64,000 bases of DNA from Holosporales bacterium (lineage in GTDB: Bacteria; Pseudomonadota; Alphaproteobacteria; UBA3830; JAIRWN01), in assembly GCA_031267535.1 (NCBI GenBank), contig JAIRYS010000002.1, forward strand, positions 4,326-68,325, in the 5' to 3' direction. The notes beneath the pieces were generated by a model. It had not been told where the DNA came from. It did not search any database and saw only the letters and a program-made list of their open reading frames with translations. This document shows positions 28,369 through 37,309 of this stretch, one piece after another. Numbering within the stretch: position 1 is the first letter of the stretch; every line of letters starts with the position of its first letter. Made by a program: the position numbers and the translations under genes.

Positions 28369-29676
28369 ATGGGCGGAAAGTTTCTGCTGCGCATAGAAGA
28401 TACTGACCGTGAACGTTCTACCCGAGAAGCTGTTGATGCGATTTTTTCTGGACTTAAGTGGCTTGGATTAAATTGGGATGGCGAGGCAGTGTTTCAGTTT
28501 GCACGAGCGCCTAAGCACCGCGAGGTGGTTGATGAGCTGCTAAAAAGCGGGAACGCTTACTATTGCTACTGTTCGCAGGAAGAATTAGCCGCAATGAGAG
28601 ACCAGGCCAAAGCTGCTGGCCTAGCGCCAAAATACAATGGGTACTGGCGCGACCGCGACCCTAAACTGGCCCCGGTTGATATAAAGCCGGTTGTAAGGCT
28701 TAAAGCTCCAGCCGTTGGGAAAACTGTCCTGAACGACTTGGTACAAGGAACGGTCATTACCGATAATAATCAGCTTGACGATATGATACTTCTGCGCAGC
28801 GATGGAACCCCAACTTATATGCTTTCTGTCGTTGTGGATGATCATGATATGGGCGTTACGCATGTGATCCGGGGCGATGATCATCTGACCAACACGTTCC
28901 GCCAGATCCAGATATACCAAGCCATGTCATGGCAAACGCCAGAATTTGGTCATATACCGCTTATACACGGGCCAGACGGAGCCAAAATGTCCAAAAGGCA
29001 TGGGGCTTTGGGGGTCGACGCTTATAAGGCTATGGGCATGTTGCCGCAGGCTATGTGCAATTATTTACTGCGTTTGGGCTGGGCGCACGGCGATGATGAA
29101 ATTATCCCGACCGAACAAGCCGTTCAGTGGTTCAACATCGAAGGCATAGGTAAGTCGCCGGCTAGATTCGATATGAATAAATTGTTAAGCCTGAACGCGC
29201 ATTATCTAAGGCAAACCGCCAATGACCAACTTGCCGATGAAATTTCCGAATTCCTGCCTAAAGATGTATCCGAAAAATTGAAAGAAGCCGGTTATCGGCA
29301 GCGAGCGGTCTCAGGAATGGACGGCCTTAAGCAAAGGGCAAAAACGCTTCTTGAATTGGCAGAAGGGGCAAAATTCTATCTGCTTGACGCGCCTCTGCCA
29401 ATGGACAGCGAACTAAAATCACTGCTGAATAAAGCTGAAAGCCAAGAAATTCTGGGAAAGTTAATTAAGTTGCTTGAATCCTTTGGTGAGTGGAACGAAA
29501 GCAGCTTGCACAGTATGGTCAAAGAGTTTTCTGAAGGCTTAGAGGTTGGATTGGGGCATGTGGCTAAACTGGTACGCGCAGCTTTGACCGGAAGCAACAT
29601 ATCACCCAGCATATTTGAGATAATGCAAGTTTTTGGCAAGCAAGAAACCTTAAGTCGCCTAAGAACAAAGTACTAA
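28273..29676 (+). CDS. gltX: Glutamyl-tRNA synthetase, paralog 2
   Basis: RFAPSPTGFLHIGGARTAL and KMSKR. GTG start. Confidence 0.93.
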   Translation: MSIITRFAPSPTGFLHIGGARTALFNWLFARHMGGKFLLRIEDTDRERSTREAVDAIFSGLKWLGLNWDGEAVFQFARAPKHREVVDELLKSGNAYYCYCSQEELAAMRDQAKAAGLAPKYNGYWRDRDPKLAPVDIKPVVRLKAPAVGKTVLNDLVQGTVITDNNQLDDMILLRSDGTPTYMLSVVVDDHDMGVTHVIRGDDHLTNTFRQIQIYQAMSWQTPEFGHIPLIHGPDGAKMSKRHGALGVDAYKAMGMLPQAMCNYLLRLGWAHGDDEIIPTEQAVQWFNIEGIGKSPARFDMNKLLSLNAHYLRQTANDQLADEISEFLPKDVSEKLKEAGYRQRAVSGMDGLKQRAKTLLELAEGAKFYLLDAPLPMDSELKSLLNKAESQEILGKLIKLLESFGEWNESSLHSMVKEFSEGLEVGLGHVAKLVRAALTGSNISPSIFEIMQVFGKQETLSRLRTKY

Positions 29677-29686
29677 CCAGCAAAAT

Positions 29687-30343
29687 ATGAACCTGGCAAT
29701 ACAGATTGTTATTCTGCTTTTTTCGATCATCATTCATGAAGTCAGTCACGGATTTGCCGCATATCTTTTTGGCGACAGAACAGCCAAGCTTGCCGGAAGG
29801 CTTAGCCTGAATCCCCTAAAGCACATAGATCCCATCGGCAGTGTAATTCTGCCAGCGCTGCTTAAATTAAGCAATGCAAGCTTCATTTTTGGTTATGCCA
29901 AACCTGTTCCAATCAACCCTGATCGCTTTTCCTCGTATAAAATGGGAATGATTTGTGTCGCGCTTGCAGGACCGCTTAGCAACCTTGTCTTGGCTGGAGT
30001 TTTTGCCGCCATGATTGGCATGTATTTCGATGAAACGAGCAATTTTTACATACACGCGCTTACAGGCGGGCTGGCGGTTAATTGCGCTTTGTTTCTGTTT
30101 AATATGCTGCCAATTCTGCCGCTTGATGGCGGAAGAATTGTTGTGGCCCTGACGCCGGCTAAAGCCGCCGAGACCTTATCAAAGACTGAGCCATTTGGCA
30201 TTTTGGTAGTTATGGGAATATGCATGTTAACCCCATATTTGGAAAGGGAATTCGGAATTCCTTTGGATTTTATGAAGAGAACGTTTTTCCCGGCGCTAGA
30301 GGCGTTATACATGTTTTTTATTAAACTGGCGGTTCCTATCTGA
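29687..30343 (+). CDS. Site-2 protease family (M50) membrane metalloprotease
   Basis: HEVSHG zinc motif within TM1, several TM segments and LPILPLDGG. Confidence 0.8.
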   Translation: MNLAIQIVILLFSIIIHEVSHGFAAYLFGDRTAKLAGRLSLNPLKHIDPIGSVILPALLKLSNASFIFGYAKPVPINPDRFSSYKMGMICVALAGPLSNLVLAGVFAAMIGMYFDETSNFYIHALTGGLAVNCALFLFNMLPILPLDGGRIVVALTPAKAAETLSKTEPFGILVVMGICMLTPYLEREFGIPLDFMKRTFFPALEALYMFFIKLAVPI

Positions 30344-30357
30344 TACAAAATAGTTCT

Positions 30358-31659
30358 ATGCACGACATAAAATTCATCCGCAGTTCTCCTGAGCAATTTG
30401 ATAAACACCTCGCGCGTAGAAGGGTTGCCGGCGTTACCGCTGCCGAAATTTTGGCCTTAGACAAACGCCACCGAGACTTTATTCAGCAAACTCAAAATGC
30501 TCAGCAAGAAAGAAACGAAATCGCACAGCAAATCGGGAAAATAAAAGCCCAGGATGGTAATGACAGCGAGGTTACAACATTGACGTCTCGCGCTTGTGAG
30601 GTTCGTAAGCAAATCGAAAGCTTAAGTAGCTTCTGCGCCGAACTGCAAACTGAGCTGGACGGCATACTTTCGTCGATTCCAAACATATTGGATGAGGGCG
30701 TTCCTGATGGAGTGGACGAGTCAAAAAATCGGATAGAACGGCACTGGGGTGAAATTGGACAGCTAGGTTTTGAACCAAAGCCCCACTATGACATAGGGGA
30801 GAAGCTTGGGTTAATGGATTTTGACGCTGCCGCCAAGATTGCCGGAAGTCGCTTCGTTGTGCTGAAGGGTGATCTTGCCAGGCTAGAGCGTGCTTTGGCT
30901 GCCTATATGCTGGACAATCACGTGTCCAAATTTGGCTACACTGAAGTCAGCCCCCCACTCTTAGTGAACTCTGATGCAGTGTATGGTGTTGGTCAGCTGC
31001 CCAAGTTTGCTGATGATATGTTTAAAACCCTTGATGGGCGCTGGTTAATTTCAACAGCAGAGGTATCTTTAACCAACCTGGTTCGTGAAAGCATCATTGA
31101 TGCGGATCTTTTGCCCCTAAGGTATACGGCCTACACTTCTTGCTTTCGCTCGGAAGCTGGCTCAGCAGGTAAGGATACTCGTGGGATGATTCGTATGCAT
31201 CAGTTCGGCAAGGTCGAGATGGCGTCAATCGTCAGGCCAGAGGAAAGCGTGCATGAGCACGAGCGTATGACCTCGATTGCCGAAGGATTGTTGCAAGAGC
31301 TAAATTTACCCTATCGAGTGGTATGTCTGTGCAGTGGCGATACTGGATTTTCTTCGCAAAAAACCTATGACATTGAAGTCTGGCTGCCAAGCTATGAGCG
31401 ATATCGTGAAATATCCAGCTGCTCGAACTGTGGCAATTTTCAGGCGCGCCGCATGAATGCTAGGTTCAAATACCTGGAAGGCGACCAAAAAAGGATCGAA
31501 TATGTTCATACATTAAACGGTTCCGGTCTGCCGATAGGACGCACCATGGTCGCCATCCTAGAAAATTACCAGCAGGCCGATTGTACGGTTGTAATCCCTG
31601 AAGTTTTACGCAAATATATGGGGAACGCTAAGGAGATTTCTTTACATGGCGGCAAGTAA
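30358..31659 (+). CDS. serS: Seryl-tRNA synthetase
   Basis: N-terminal coiled-coil arm. Class II motifs FRSEAGSAGKDTRGMIRMHQF and TLNGSGLPIGR. Confidence 0.95.
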   Translation: MHDIKFIRSSPEQFDKHLARRRVAGVTAAEILALDKRHRDFIQQTQNAQQERNEIAQQIGKIKAQDGNDSEVTTLTSRACEVRKQIESLSSFCAELQTELDGILSSIPNILDEGVPDGVDESKNRIERHWGEIGQLGFEPKPHYDIGEKLGLMDFDAAAKIAGSRFVVLKGDLARLERALAAYMLDNHVSKFGYTEVSPPLLVNSDAVYGVGQLPKFADDMFKTLDGRWLISTAEVSLTNLVRESIIDADLLPLRYTAYTSCFRSEAGSAGKDTRGMIRMHQFGKVEMASIVRPEESVHEHERMTSIAEGLLQELNLPYRVVCLCSGDTGFSSQKTYDIEVWLPSYERYREISSCSNCGNFQARRMNARFKYLEGDQKRIEYVHTLNGSGLPIGRTMVAILENYQQADCTVVIPEVLRKYMGNAKEISLHGGK

Positions 31660-32452
31660 AACTAAGCCCTCTGTTTCGGGTCTTAGAATACTGGTGTGTA
31701 ACGACGATGGGATTCAGTCTCAAGGGCTGAAAGTGCTGGAGCGCGTTGCAAAAACCCTTTCTCCTGATGTGTGGATTGTGGCTCCTGAATATGAACAGAG
31801 CGGTCGCAGTAATGCTTTAACTCTGATGGAGTCGTTAAGAATTCGGGAAATTTCCCCTAGGCGTTTTTCCACTAGCGGAACCCCGGCAGACTGTGTGATT
31901 TTGGCAGTCAACCGCATACTGTCGGACAAAAAGCCTGATTTGATACTAAGCGGCATTAATCATGGATCAAACATAAGTGATTCCGCTATAATGTCCGGCA
32001 CAGTTGGCGGCGCCAATATGGGGGCTCAACACCTTATAAAAAGCATTGCGATAAGCCAAGAATGCGGAAGAGGCGGGGTACCTAAACTGACCACGCCAGA
32101 GTATTTTCTTCCAGGTATAATCAAAAAGCTTATTTCATTTGACTGGTCTGAGCGGGTTTTTGTAAACGTAAACTTTCCAGACGCGCTTCCAGGAGCAGTA
32201 AAGAAGACGGCAGTGTTACCTCAAGGCTTTATTGGGATGGACTGGAATGTTGCTGAGCGATTGGATCCGAACAATAACCCGTACTACTGGATCAGCAGTC
32301 GTTGGCATGAGCTCAGCCGAAAAACCAACACGGATTCAGACGTTATGACGGACAGTTCTATTATAAGCGTAACGCCGATGATATCGACGTTTACGGCGGA
32401 TTCTTTCATGGATACTTTAAAAAAACACTTCTCAAATGCATATTGCGGATAG
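31646..32452 (+). CDS. surE: 5'/3'-nucleotidase SurE
   Basis: ILVCNDDGI N-terminal motif and SGINHGSN. Confidence 0.9.
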   Translation: MAASKTKPSVSGLRILVCNDDGIQSQGLKVLERVAKTLSPDVWIVAPEYEQSGRSNALTLMESLRIREISPRRFSTSGTPADCVILAVNRILSDKKPDLILSGINHGSNISDSAIMSGTVGGANMGAQHLIKSIAISQECGRGGVPKLTTPEYFLPGIIKKLISFDWSERVFVNVNFPDALPGAVKKTAVLPQGFIGMDWNVAERLDPNNNPYYWISSRWHELSRKTNTDSDVMTDSSIISVTPMISTFTADSFMDTLKKHFSNAYCG

Positions 32453-33392
32453 AGGAAATTCTGGTTGCGTCCTGTTGTTATTGCTAATCGTTTTAGCCGC
32501 ATCCGGATGCGCTAGACGCGAGGCTCCGGCCCCTATTGAATATGGAATTAAGAACGACGGCTTTGTTGATGATAATTACCAGGCGCAGCATCACCGAGTT
32601 GTTCGCGGCGATACAATCGTCAGTATTGCTAGACGATACGTGGTTTCCGTTGCCCAGTTAGCTGAATACAACAAGCTTACAAATATTAACCTAAAGATCG
32701 GTCAGATCCTTATGATTCCGCAAAGATCGGCGGCAGGAGCGGCGCCAGAAAAAGTTCAAGTTGTCTCGTCCGTACCTATCATAAAAAGCCAACAAGAAGG
32801 CAAAGAGGTTGAGTCAGCTCCGCGCAGTTTGTCATCGGATAGATATGCTGAGCAGTTGGTAAGGAGTAAACCAGCCAAAGCGTCTGATAAAGCTTCGCCT
32901 GAGGAGCTAGAGCGCAAGCTTGACGCACAACTAGCCAGTATAAAGGGCAAAAAGACGTCGCCTACGACAGAACCACAAAAGAAAAATGTCTCGCCTAAAA
33001 AAGTGGAATCAGGCCAAGTAACGCTTAACACGCCGTTGCAGGGTAAAATTTTATCTAAATACAAATCGTCGCTTGGCGATGGTTATAATGATGGGATAAA
33101 TATTGCAGCTAAGCTTGGTGCGCCGGTGAGGGCAGCCGGTTCTGGCGTTGTATTATTTGCAAGCGATCAGCTTAAGGCTTATGGAAACCTTATTCTTATT
33201 AAGCACAATGACAGCCTAATGACGGTGTATGGGCATTTATCTAAGATAGCCGTAAAAAAAGGCGCCAAGGTACATGGCGGTACAATAATCGGTTTGGTTG
33301 GCAAAAGCGGCAATGTATCTATCCCGCAATTGCATTTTGAGGTCAGGCTTAATAAAGTCCCTGTAAATCCAAGTAAGTTTATAAAGCAGTGA
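32436..33392 (+). CDS. LysM + M23 peptidase lipoprotein (NlpD/DipM-like)
   Basis: Lipobox LAASGC. LysM (HRVVRGDTIVSIARRY). M23 (HNDSLMTVYGHLS, PQLHFEV). Confidence 0.85.
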   Translation: MHIADRGNSGCVLLLLLIVLAASGCARREAPAPIEYGIKNDGFVDDNYQAQHHRVVRGDTIVSIARRYVVSVAQLAEYNKLTNINLKIGQILMIPQRSAAGAAPEKVQVVSSVPIIKSQQEGKEVESAPRSLSSDRYAEQLVRSKPAKASDKASPEELERKLDAQLASIKGKKTSPTTEPQKKNVSPKKVESGQVTLNTPLQGKILSKYKSSLGDGYNDGINIAAKLGAPVRAAGSGVVLFASDQLKAYGNLILIKHNDSLMTVYGHLSKIAVKKGAKVHGGTIIGLVGKSGNVSIPQLHFEVRLNKVPVNPSKFIKQ

Positions 33393-33417
33393 TAGGGCGT
33401 CATATCAACTGAAGCAT

Positions 33418-33741
33418 ATGCATAATGAATTTTCGGTTGTTCTGTCTACAGCGCAGTCTAAGCAGCAAGCCGAGCTTCTTTGCCATAAATTGCTGGAGCA
33501 AAATTTGGCCGCCTGTATACAGATTCACAGGACAAAAAGCTTTTATCTATGGCAGGGAAAGATAAAACAAGCCTGCGAGTATTGTTTGATAATCAAAACT
33601 AAAACGAACCTATTTAAAAAGCTGTCAACTGTAATAAAACAGCATCACACTTATGATATTCCTGAGATAATCCAACTTCCGCTTACCGACGGATTAAAAG
33701 ATTATCTGAATTGGATGCGAGGTGCAAAATATGGCTTTTAA
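33418..33741 (+). CDS. cutA: Divalent-cation tolerance protein CutA
   Basis: 107 aa. ...LAACIQI...SFYLWQGKI...IIKT...HTYDIPEII pattern. Confidence 0.8.
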   Translation: MHNEFSVVLSTAQSKQQAELLCHKLLEQNLAACIQIHRTKSFYLWQGKIKQACEYCLIIKTKTNLFKKLSTVIKQHHTYDIPEIIQLPLTDGLKDYLNWMRGAKYGF

Positions 33742-33791
33742 AGTCCCGAAGTATTACATATAATTCGTTCGAGTTTTTATGTAGGTGATAT

Positions 33792-34502
33792 ATGAATTAC
33801 AGATATTCCCGCTCTTCTGATGCAGCTGCGGTGCAAGGTGATTATGGCCTGCGTAGCTATATGGCGAGGGTTTATAACTATATGGCCGCCGGGCTTGGTA
33901 TTACCGGCGCAGTATCATATTTTGTTTATAATGTGCCAAGCCTGCTGTATACGGTACACACGTCTCCACTTAGGTATTTGTTTATGTTAGCGCCTTTGGC
34001 ATTGGTCCTTATGTTCAGTTTTAGGATTCACAAGATGTCTCTGTCTGCCGCTCAAGGCTGCTTTTGGGCCTATGCTTCACTGATGGGGGTAAGTCTGTCC
34101 TATCTGTTTGTATTATATTCGGGCGAAAGTATCACTAGAGTCTTTTTTATTACTGCAATCATGTTTCTTAGTATGAGTATTTGGGGACATACGACTAAAC
34201 GCGATTTAACAGAGTTTGGATCATTCCTCTTCATGGGATTGGTTGGCTTGGTCATAGCCTCGCTGGTCAATTTGTTTATGCATAGCTCTATGCTTCATTT
34301 TGTTACATCTGTTGTCGGGGTTTTGGTGTTCACTGGACTTACAGCATATGACACCCAGAAGATAAAGAGCGCCTATTACTATGGCAGCGGAAGTAGCGCT
34401 GAGGCGCTGGGTAAACAGGCGGTTTATGGCGCGCTGACGCTTTATCTTGATTTTATCAATATATTTATAAGCCTGTTGCATATTATGGGCGAGCGCAAGT
34501 GA
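33792..34502 (+). CDS. Bax-inhibitor-1/YccA family membrane protein
   Basis: 236 aa, about 7 TM segments. LRSYMARVYNYMAAGL N-terminus and C-terminal LYLDFINIF. Confidence 0.85.
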   Translation: MNYRYSRSSDAAAVQGDYGLRSYMARVYNYMAAGLGITGAVSYFVYNVPSLLYTVHTSPLRYLFMLAPLALVLMFSFRIHKMSLSAAQGCFWAYASLMGVSLSYLFVLYSGESITRVFFITAIMFLSMSIWGHTTKRDLTEFGSFLFMGLVGLVIASLVNLFMHSSMLHFVTSVVGVLVFTGLTAYDTQKIKSAYYYGSGSSAEALGKQAVYGALTLYLDFINIFISLLHIMGERK

Positions 34503-34520
34503 TGCGATTGGCATGCATAT

Positions 34521-34793
34521 ATGTTTCTATGGAAAAAGAAGTTTAAGGTCAATTGCGATCCGGAAAGCTATCTGGATTTCTGGCAAGATCGGATTGTAGA
34601 GTTGGCCCCGGAAGTTGCCCTTGGCGGGGTATGTGTGCTGAATTTTGACGTCTTTCCTAAAGAAATAGAATCTAAACTCAAATACAGTATCCGCAAAAGC
34701 TGTATTGATGCTGAGGTGCTTGATGAATGGATATACTTCGTCCGAGAGTGTTTGTCATCTAGAGCCGAATCCGATTCAGCTTTATTTGAATAG
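34521..34793 (+). CDS. Hypothetical 90-aa ORF, possibly the displaced N-terminus of the PhaC-like gene
   Basis: Overlaps the next ORF by 89 nt in a different frame. No motif recognised. Confidence 0.3.
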   Translation: MFLWKKKFKVNCDPESYLDFWQDRIVELAPEVALGGVCVLNFDVFPKEIESKLKYSIRKSCIDAEVLDEWIYFVRECLSSRAESDSALFE

Positions 34794-35958
34794 TATATTG
34801 TGTTCTTGGCATGCAGCTTTAAAAAGTATTAAAGACCCCATTTTTGCAAGTGAAGTTGGTTGCATATTCCCTGATGGGCGCGCCCCAGATAAGCTGAAGC
34901 AAGAAGTAGATGAGCTTATTTCGAAAAGGTGGAGTAAGTTTGTTTTAAGTATCACAAAATACGCCGAATATCCCAGAAATTACGTGCGCTTTTGCTCTAA
35001 AGAACGAAGACACAACGTATGGGAAGATAAGACTGCCAAAGCTTATTGCCTTAAGGATTTTCTGCCGTTTTTGCCGAAAGGCGTCATGCTTTTCATCAGC
35101 TCGCCTATGAATACCTCGTCTTTGTTCCATCTTCCTGCCATGACCTTAGCAAATGAAATGCAAAATACATCAATGATCTCTGTGTTTTTAGACTGGGGTG
35201 AAGAGGGATATAAGCATGATTATGATTTTTCAGAGTATGTAGAAAACATTCTAATGCCAGCTTATGTGGCTGTGTCTAATCGATTCGGCTTACCTGTTTA
35301 TTTAATGGGGCATCACATGGGATCAATTGCGGCTTGTTCGCTTAGCGTACTGTTGAAGAATGATGATAAGGCTAAGCCAGCTGGGACCGTTTTGATGTCA
35401 ATGCCATGGGACTTCAGGGATTACACCCGAACAGAGCAAAATGCTTTAGATCAAATCTTAATAGCTTACATCTTGCAAAAACTGGAGAAAGGAGAGCAAT
35501 TCTCTTTTTTGTTGCAGATACTGTTGAATTGCTTTTATCCGGGAAAGATATTTAAAAAAATTTGCAATTTTGCCGACGAGACGGATCAAGATAAAAAAGA
35601 GCTGTTTGTGCAGATTTTCGATTGGTTATGCGACACTCGTCGTCTGTCGAAAAAGTTTGCTATGCAATTTGTACTCGATTGGTTTAAAAAAAACAGCATC
35701 ATAAACAAAGAACTTTATGTTTGTGGGCAATTGCTTGACCCGAGGCGCATCATGAATCCAGTTCTTTTGATCAACCCGCTTCAGGATAAGGTCGTTCCGT
35801 ATACCTCATCGAAAAAGTTTATTAGGCAGCTGCGAGATTGTTCGCTTTTGTCCCCTGATACTGGTTTTTTTGGGGTTTTTGTTGATGAAAAGGCGAATGA
35901 GATGTTTGCTGATGGTTTCAGAAGCTGGATTATAAAAACGGGGATTGAAATTGTCTAA
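34705..35958 (+). CDS. PHA synthase (PhaC)-like alpha/beta hydrolase with a non-canonical active site
   Basis: ...VMLFISSPMN...ISVFLDWGEEG...VYLMGHHMGSIAA...PLQDKVVP...TGFFGVFV aligns by eye to class III PhaC blocks (DWGYP, GxCxGG, QDHLVP, GGHIG). Confidence 0.7.
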   Translation: MMLRCLMNGYTSSESVCHLEPNPIQLYLNSILCSWHAALKSIKDPIFASEVGCIFPDGRAPDKLKQEVDELISKRWSKFVLSITKYAEYPRNYVRFCSKERRHNVWEDKTAKAYCLKDFLPFLPKGVMLFISSPMNTSSLFHLPAMTLANEMQNTSMISVFLDWGEEGYKHDYDFSEYVENILMPAYVAVSNRFGLPVYLMGHHMGSIAACSLSVLLKNDDKAKPAGTVLMSMPWDFRDYTRTEQNALDQILIAYILQKLEKGEQFSFLLQILLNCFYPGKIFKKICNFADETDQDKKELFVQIFDWLCDTRRLSKKFAMQFVLDWFKKNSIINKELYVCGQLLDPRRIMNPVLLINPLQDKVVPYTSSKKFIRQLRDCSLLSPDTGFFGVFVDEKANEMFADGFRSWIIKTGIEIV

Positions 35959-36673
35959 AATCGCATTGGTAACCGGCGGCGTGCGTGGTATTGGCGCTGA
36001 AATCGCCGTTGTTCTTAAAGCGGCCGGTTATTGTGTTTTATCCACCTATAACGGAAACGACGCAGCGGCAGAAAAGTTTAAATCTGCACATAATATTCCT
36101 GTTTTTAAATGGGATGTTGCTGATTTTACTGCTTGCGGCGACGGGGTTAGAGCCATTGAAAACGCCTTTGGCCCTGTAAATATCCTCGTGAATAACGCTG
36201 GCATCACTCGTGATTGCATGCTGCACAGGATGGATATACAAAAGTGGACGGACGTTATTTCCACCAATTTAAACTCTGTCTTCAACATGTGCCGTGCGGT
36301 TATACCAGGGATGCGAGACAGAAACTTCGGCCGTATAGTCAGCATAAGTTCGATTAATGGCCTTAGGGGGCAAATAGGACAAACTAACTATGCAGCGGCA
36401 AAAGCCGGCATTATCGGTTTTTCTAAAGCCCTGGCGCTTGAGTCTGCGCGCAATAATATAACCATTAATTGCGTTGCCCCGGGCTATATAGAGACTGACA
36501 TGACAAAAGCGATTCCCAGTGACGCAATAGCTGCAATAAAAGCTCAAATTCCCTGCGGACGGTTGGGCGACCCACGTGAAATTGCAGATGTCGTCAAATT
36601 TTTGGTAAGCGACAGCGCCAGTTACATCACAGGCGCAACAATAAGCGTAAACGGCGGTCAATATCTTTGCTAG
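35945..36673 (+). CDS. phaB: Acetoacetyl-CoA reductase (SDR)
   Basis: IALVTGGVRGIG, NAGITRD and YAAAKAG (YxxxK). TTG start overlaps the end of the PhaC-like gene. Confidence 0.9.
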   Translation: MKLSKIALVTGGVRGIGAEIAVVLKAAGYCVLSTYNGNDAAAEKFKSAHNIPVFKWDVADFTACGDGVRAIENAFGPVNILVNNAGITRDCMLHRMDIQKWTDVISTNLNSVFNMCRAVIPGMRDRNFGRIVSISSINGLRGQIGQTNYAAAKAGIIGFSKALALESARNNITINCVAPGYIETDMTKAIPSDAIAAIKAQIPCGRLGDPREIADVVKFLVSDSASYITGATISVNGGQYLC

Positions 36674-36845
36674 GCTTAATTTAGAAATCGACTGACTAAC
36701 GTAAAGTCTACTTGCCAATCTTTTTATGTTGTTATTTTTTCTCGGACGTGCTAATTTACTCAGGCTCTTTGTTTTTGATTCGTGTCGCTTGACTCTTTTA
36801 TCAATCTATCAAACGGGCAGGTTTTGTTTTTAAGGATGTGTACTA

Positions 36846-37136
36846 ATGAATAAGATTTATATTGGCAATATGTCGTATAATACCACGGAAAATGATCTTA
36901 CTAGCTTGTTTGGACAGTGCGGTAACGTAGTAAGCGCTACGGTTATAAAAGATCGTTACACTAGCAGGTCGAAGGGGTTTGGCTTCGTCGAGTTTGACAG
37001 CAATGACTCGGCCAATGCAGCAGTTGAGAAATTTAACGGCTATGATTTGGGCGGACGCCAGCTCCGGGTTAACATCGCCACCGGCAAGCCTGAAGGCGGA
37101 GGCGGCAACTTTCACAGAGATAACAGGCGCGCTTAA
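36846..37136 (+). CDS. RRM-domain RNA-binding protein with a Gly-rich tail
   Basis: RNP2 IYIGNM and RNP1 KGFGFVEF. Tail GKPEGGGGNFHRDNRRA. Confidence 0.85.
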   Translation: MNKIYIGNMSYNTTENDLTSLFGQCGNVVSATVIKDRYTSRSKGFGFVEFDSNDSANAAVEKFNGYDLGGRQLRVNIATGKPEGGGGNFHRDNRRA

Positions 37137-37165
37137 GCCTTAGTATTTAATACATGCATAAAAAA

Positions 37166-37194
37166 ACCGCTGCTGCTGTAGCAGCTGTGGTTTT
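37166..37194 (+). terminator. Rho-independent terminator candidate
   Basis: ACCGCTGCTGC-TGTA-GCAGCTGTGGT stem (one mismatch, one G-T wobble) followed by TTTT, 30 nt after the RRM gene stop. Confidence 0.55.
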
Positions 37195-37309
37195 GCTTGT
37201 ATGTGTAGATACTGTGTAATTCTACAGTCATGCAGCTTTAATCTACTGGCGATAGTAGTTTTTTAAGCGCTTGCATAGTACAATCCTCGTCAAGCGCTGA
37301 GGTAATTGT

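Noticed and set aside
37154-37219. 21-codon hydrophobic ORF (MHKKTAAAVAAVVLLVCVDTV) after the RRM gene
   Set aside because: It coincides exactly with the terminator hairpin, and the GC-rich stem naturally encodes Ala/Val. It has no RBS.
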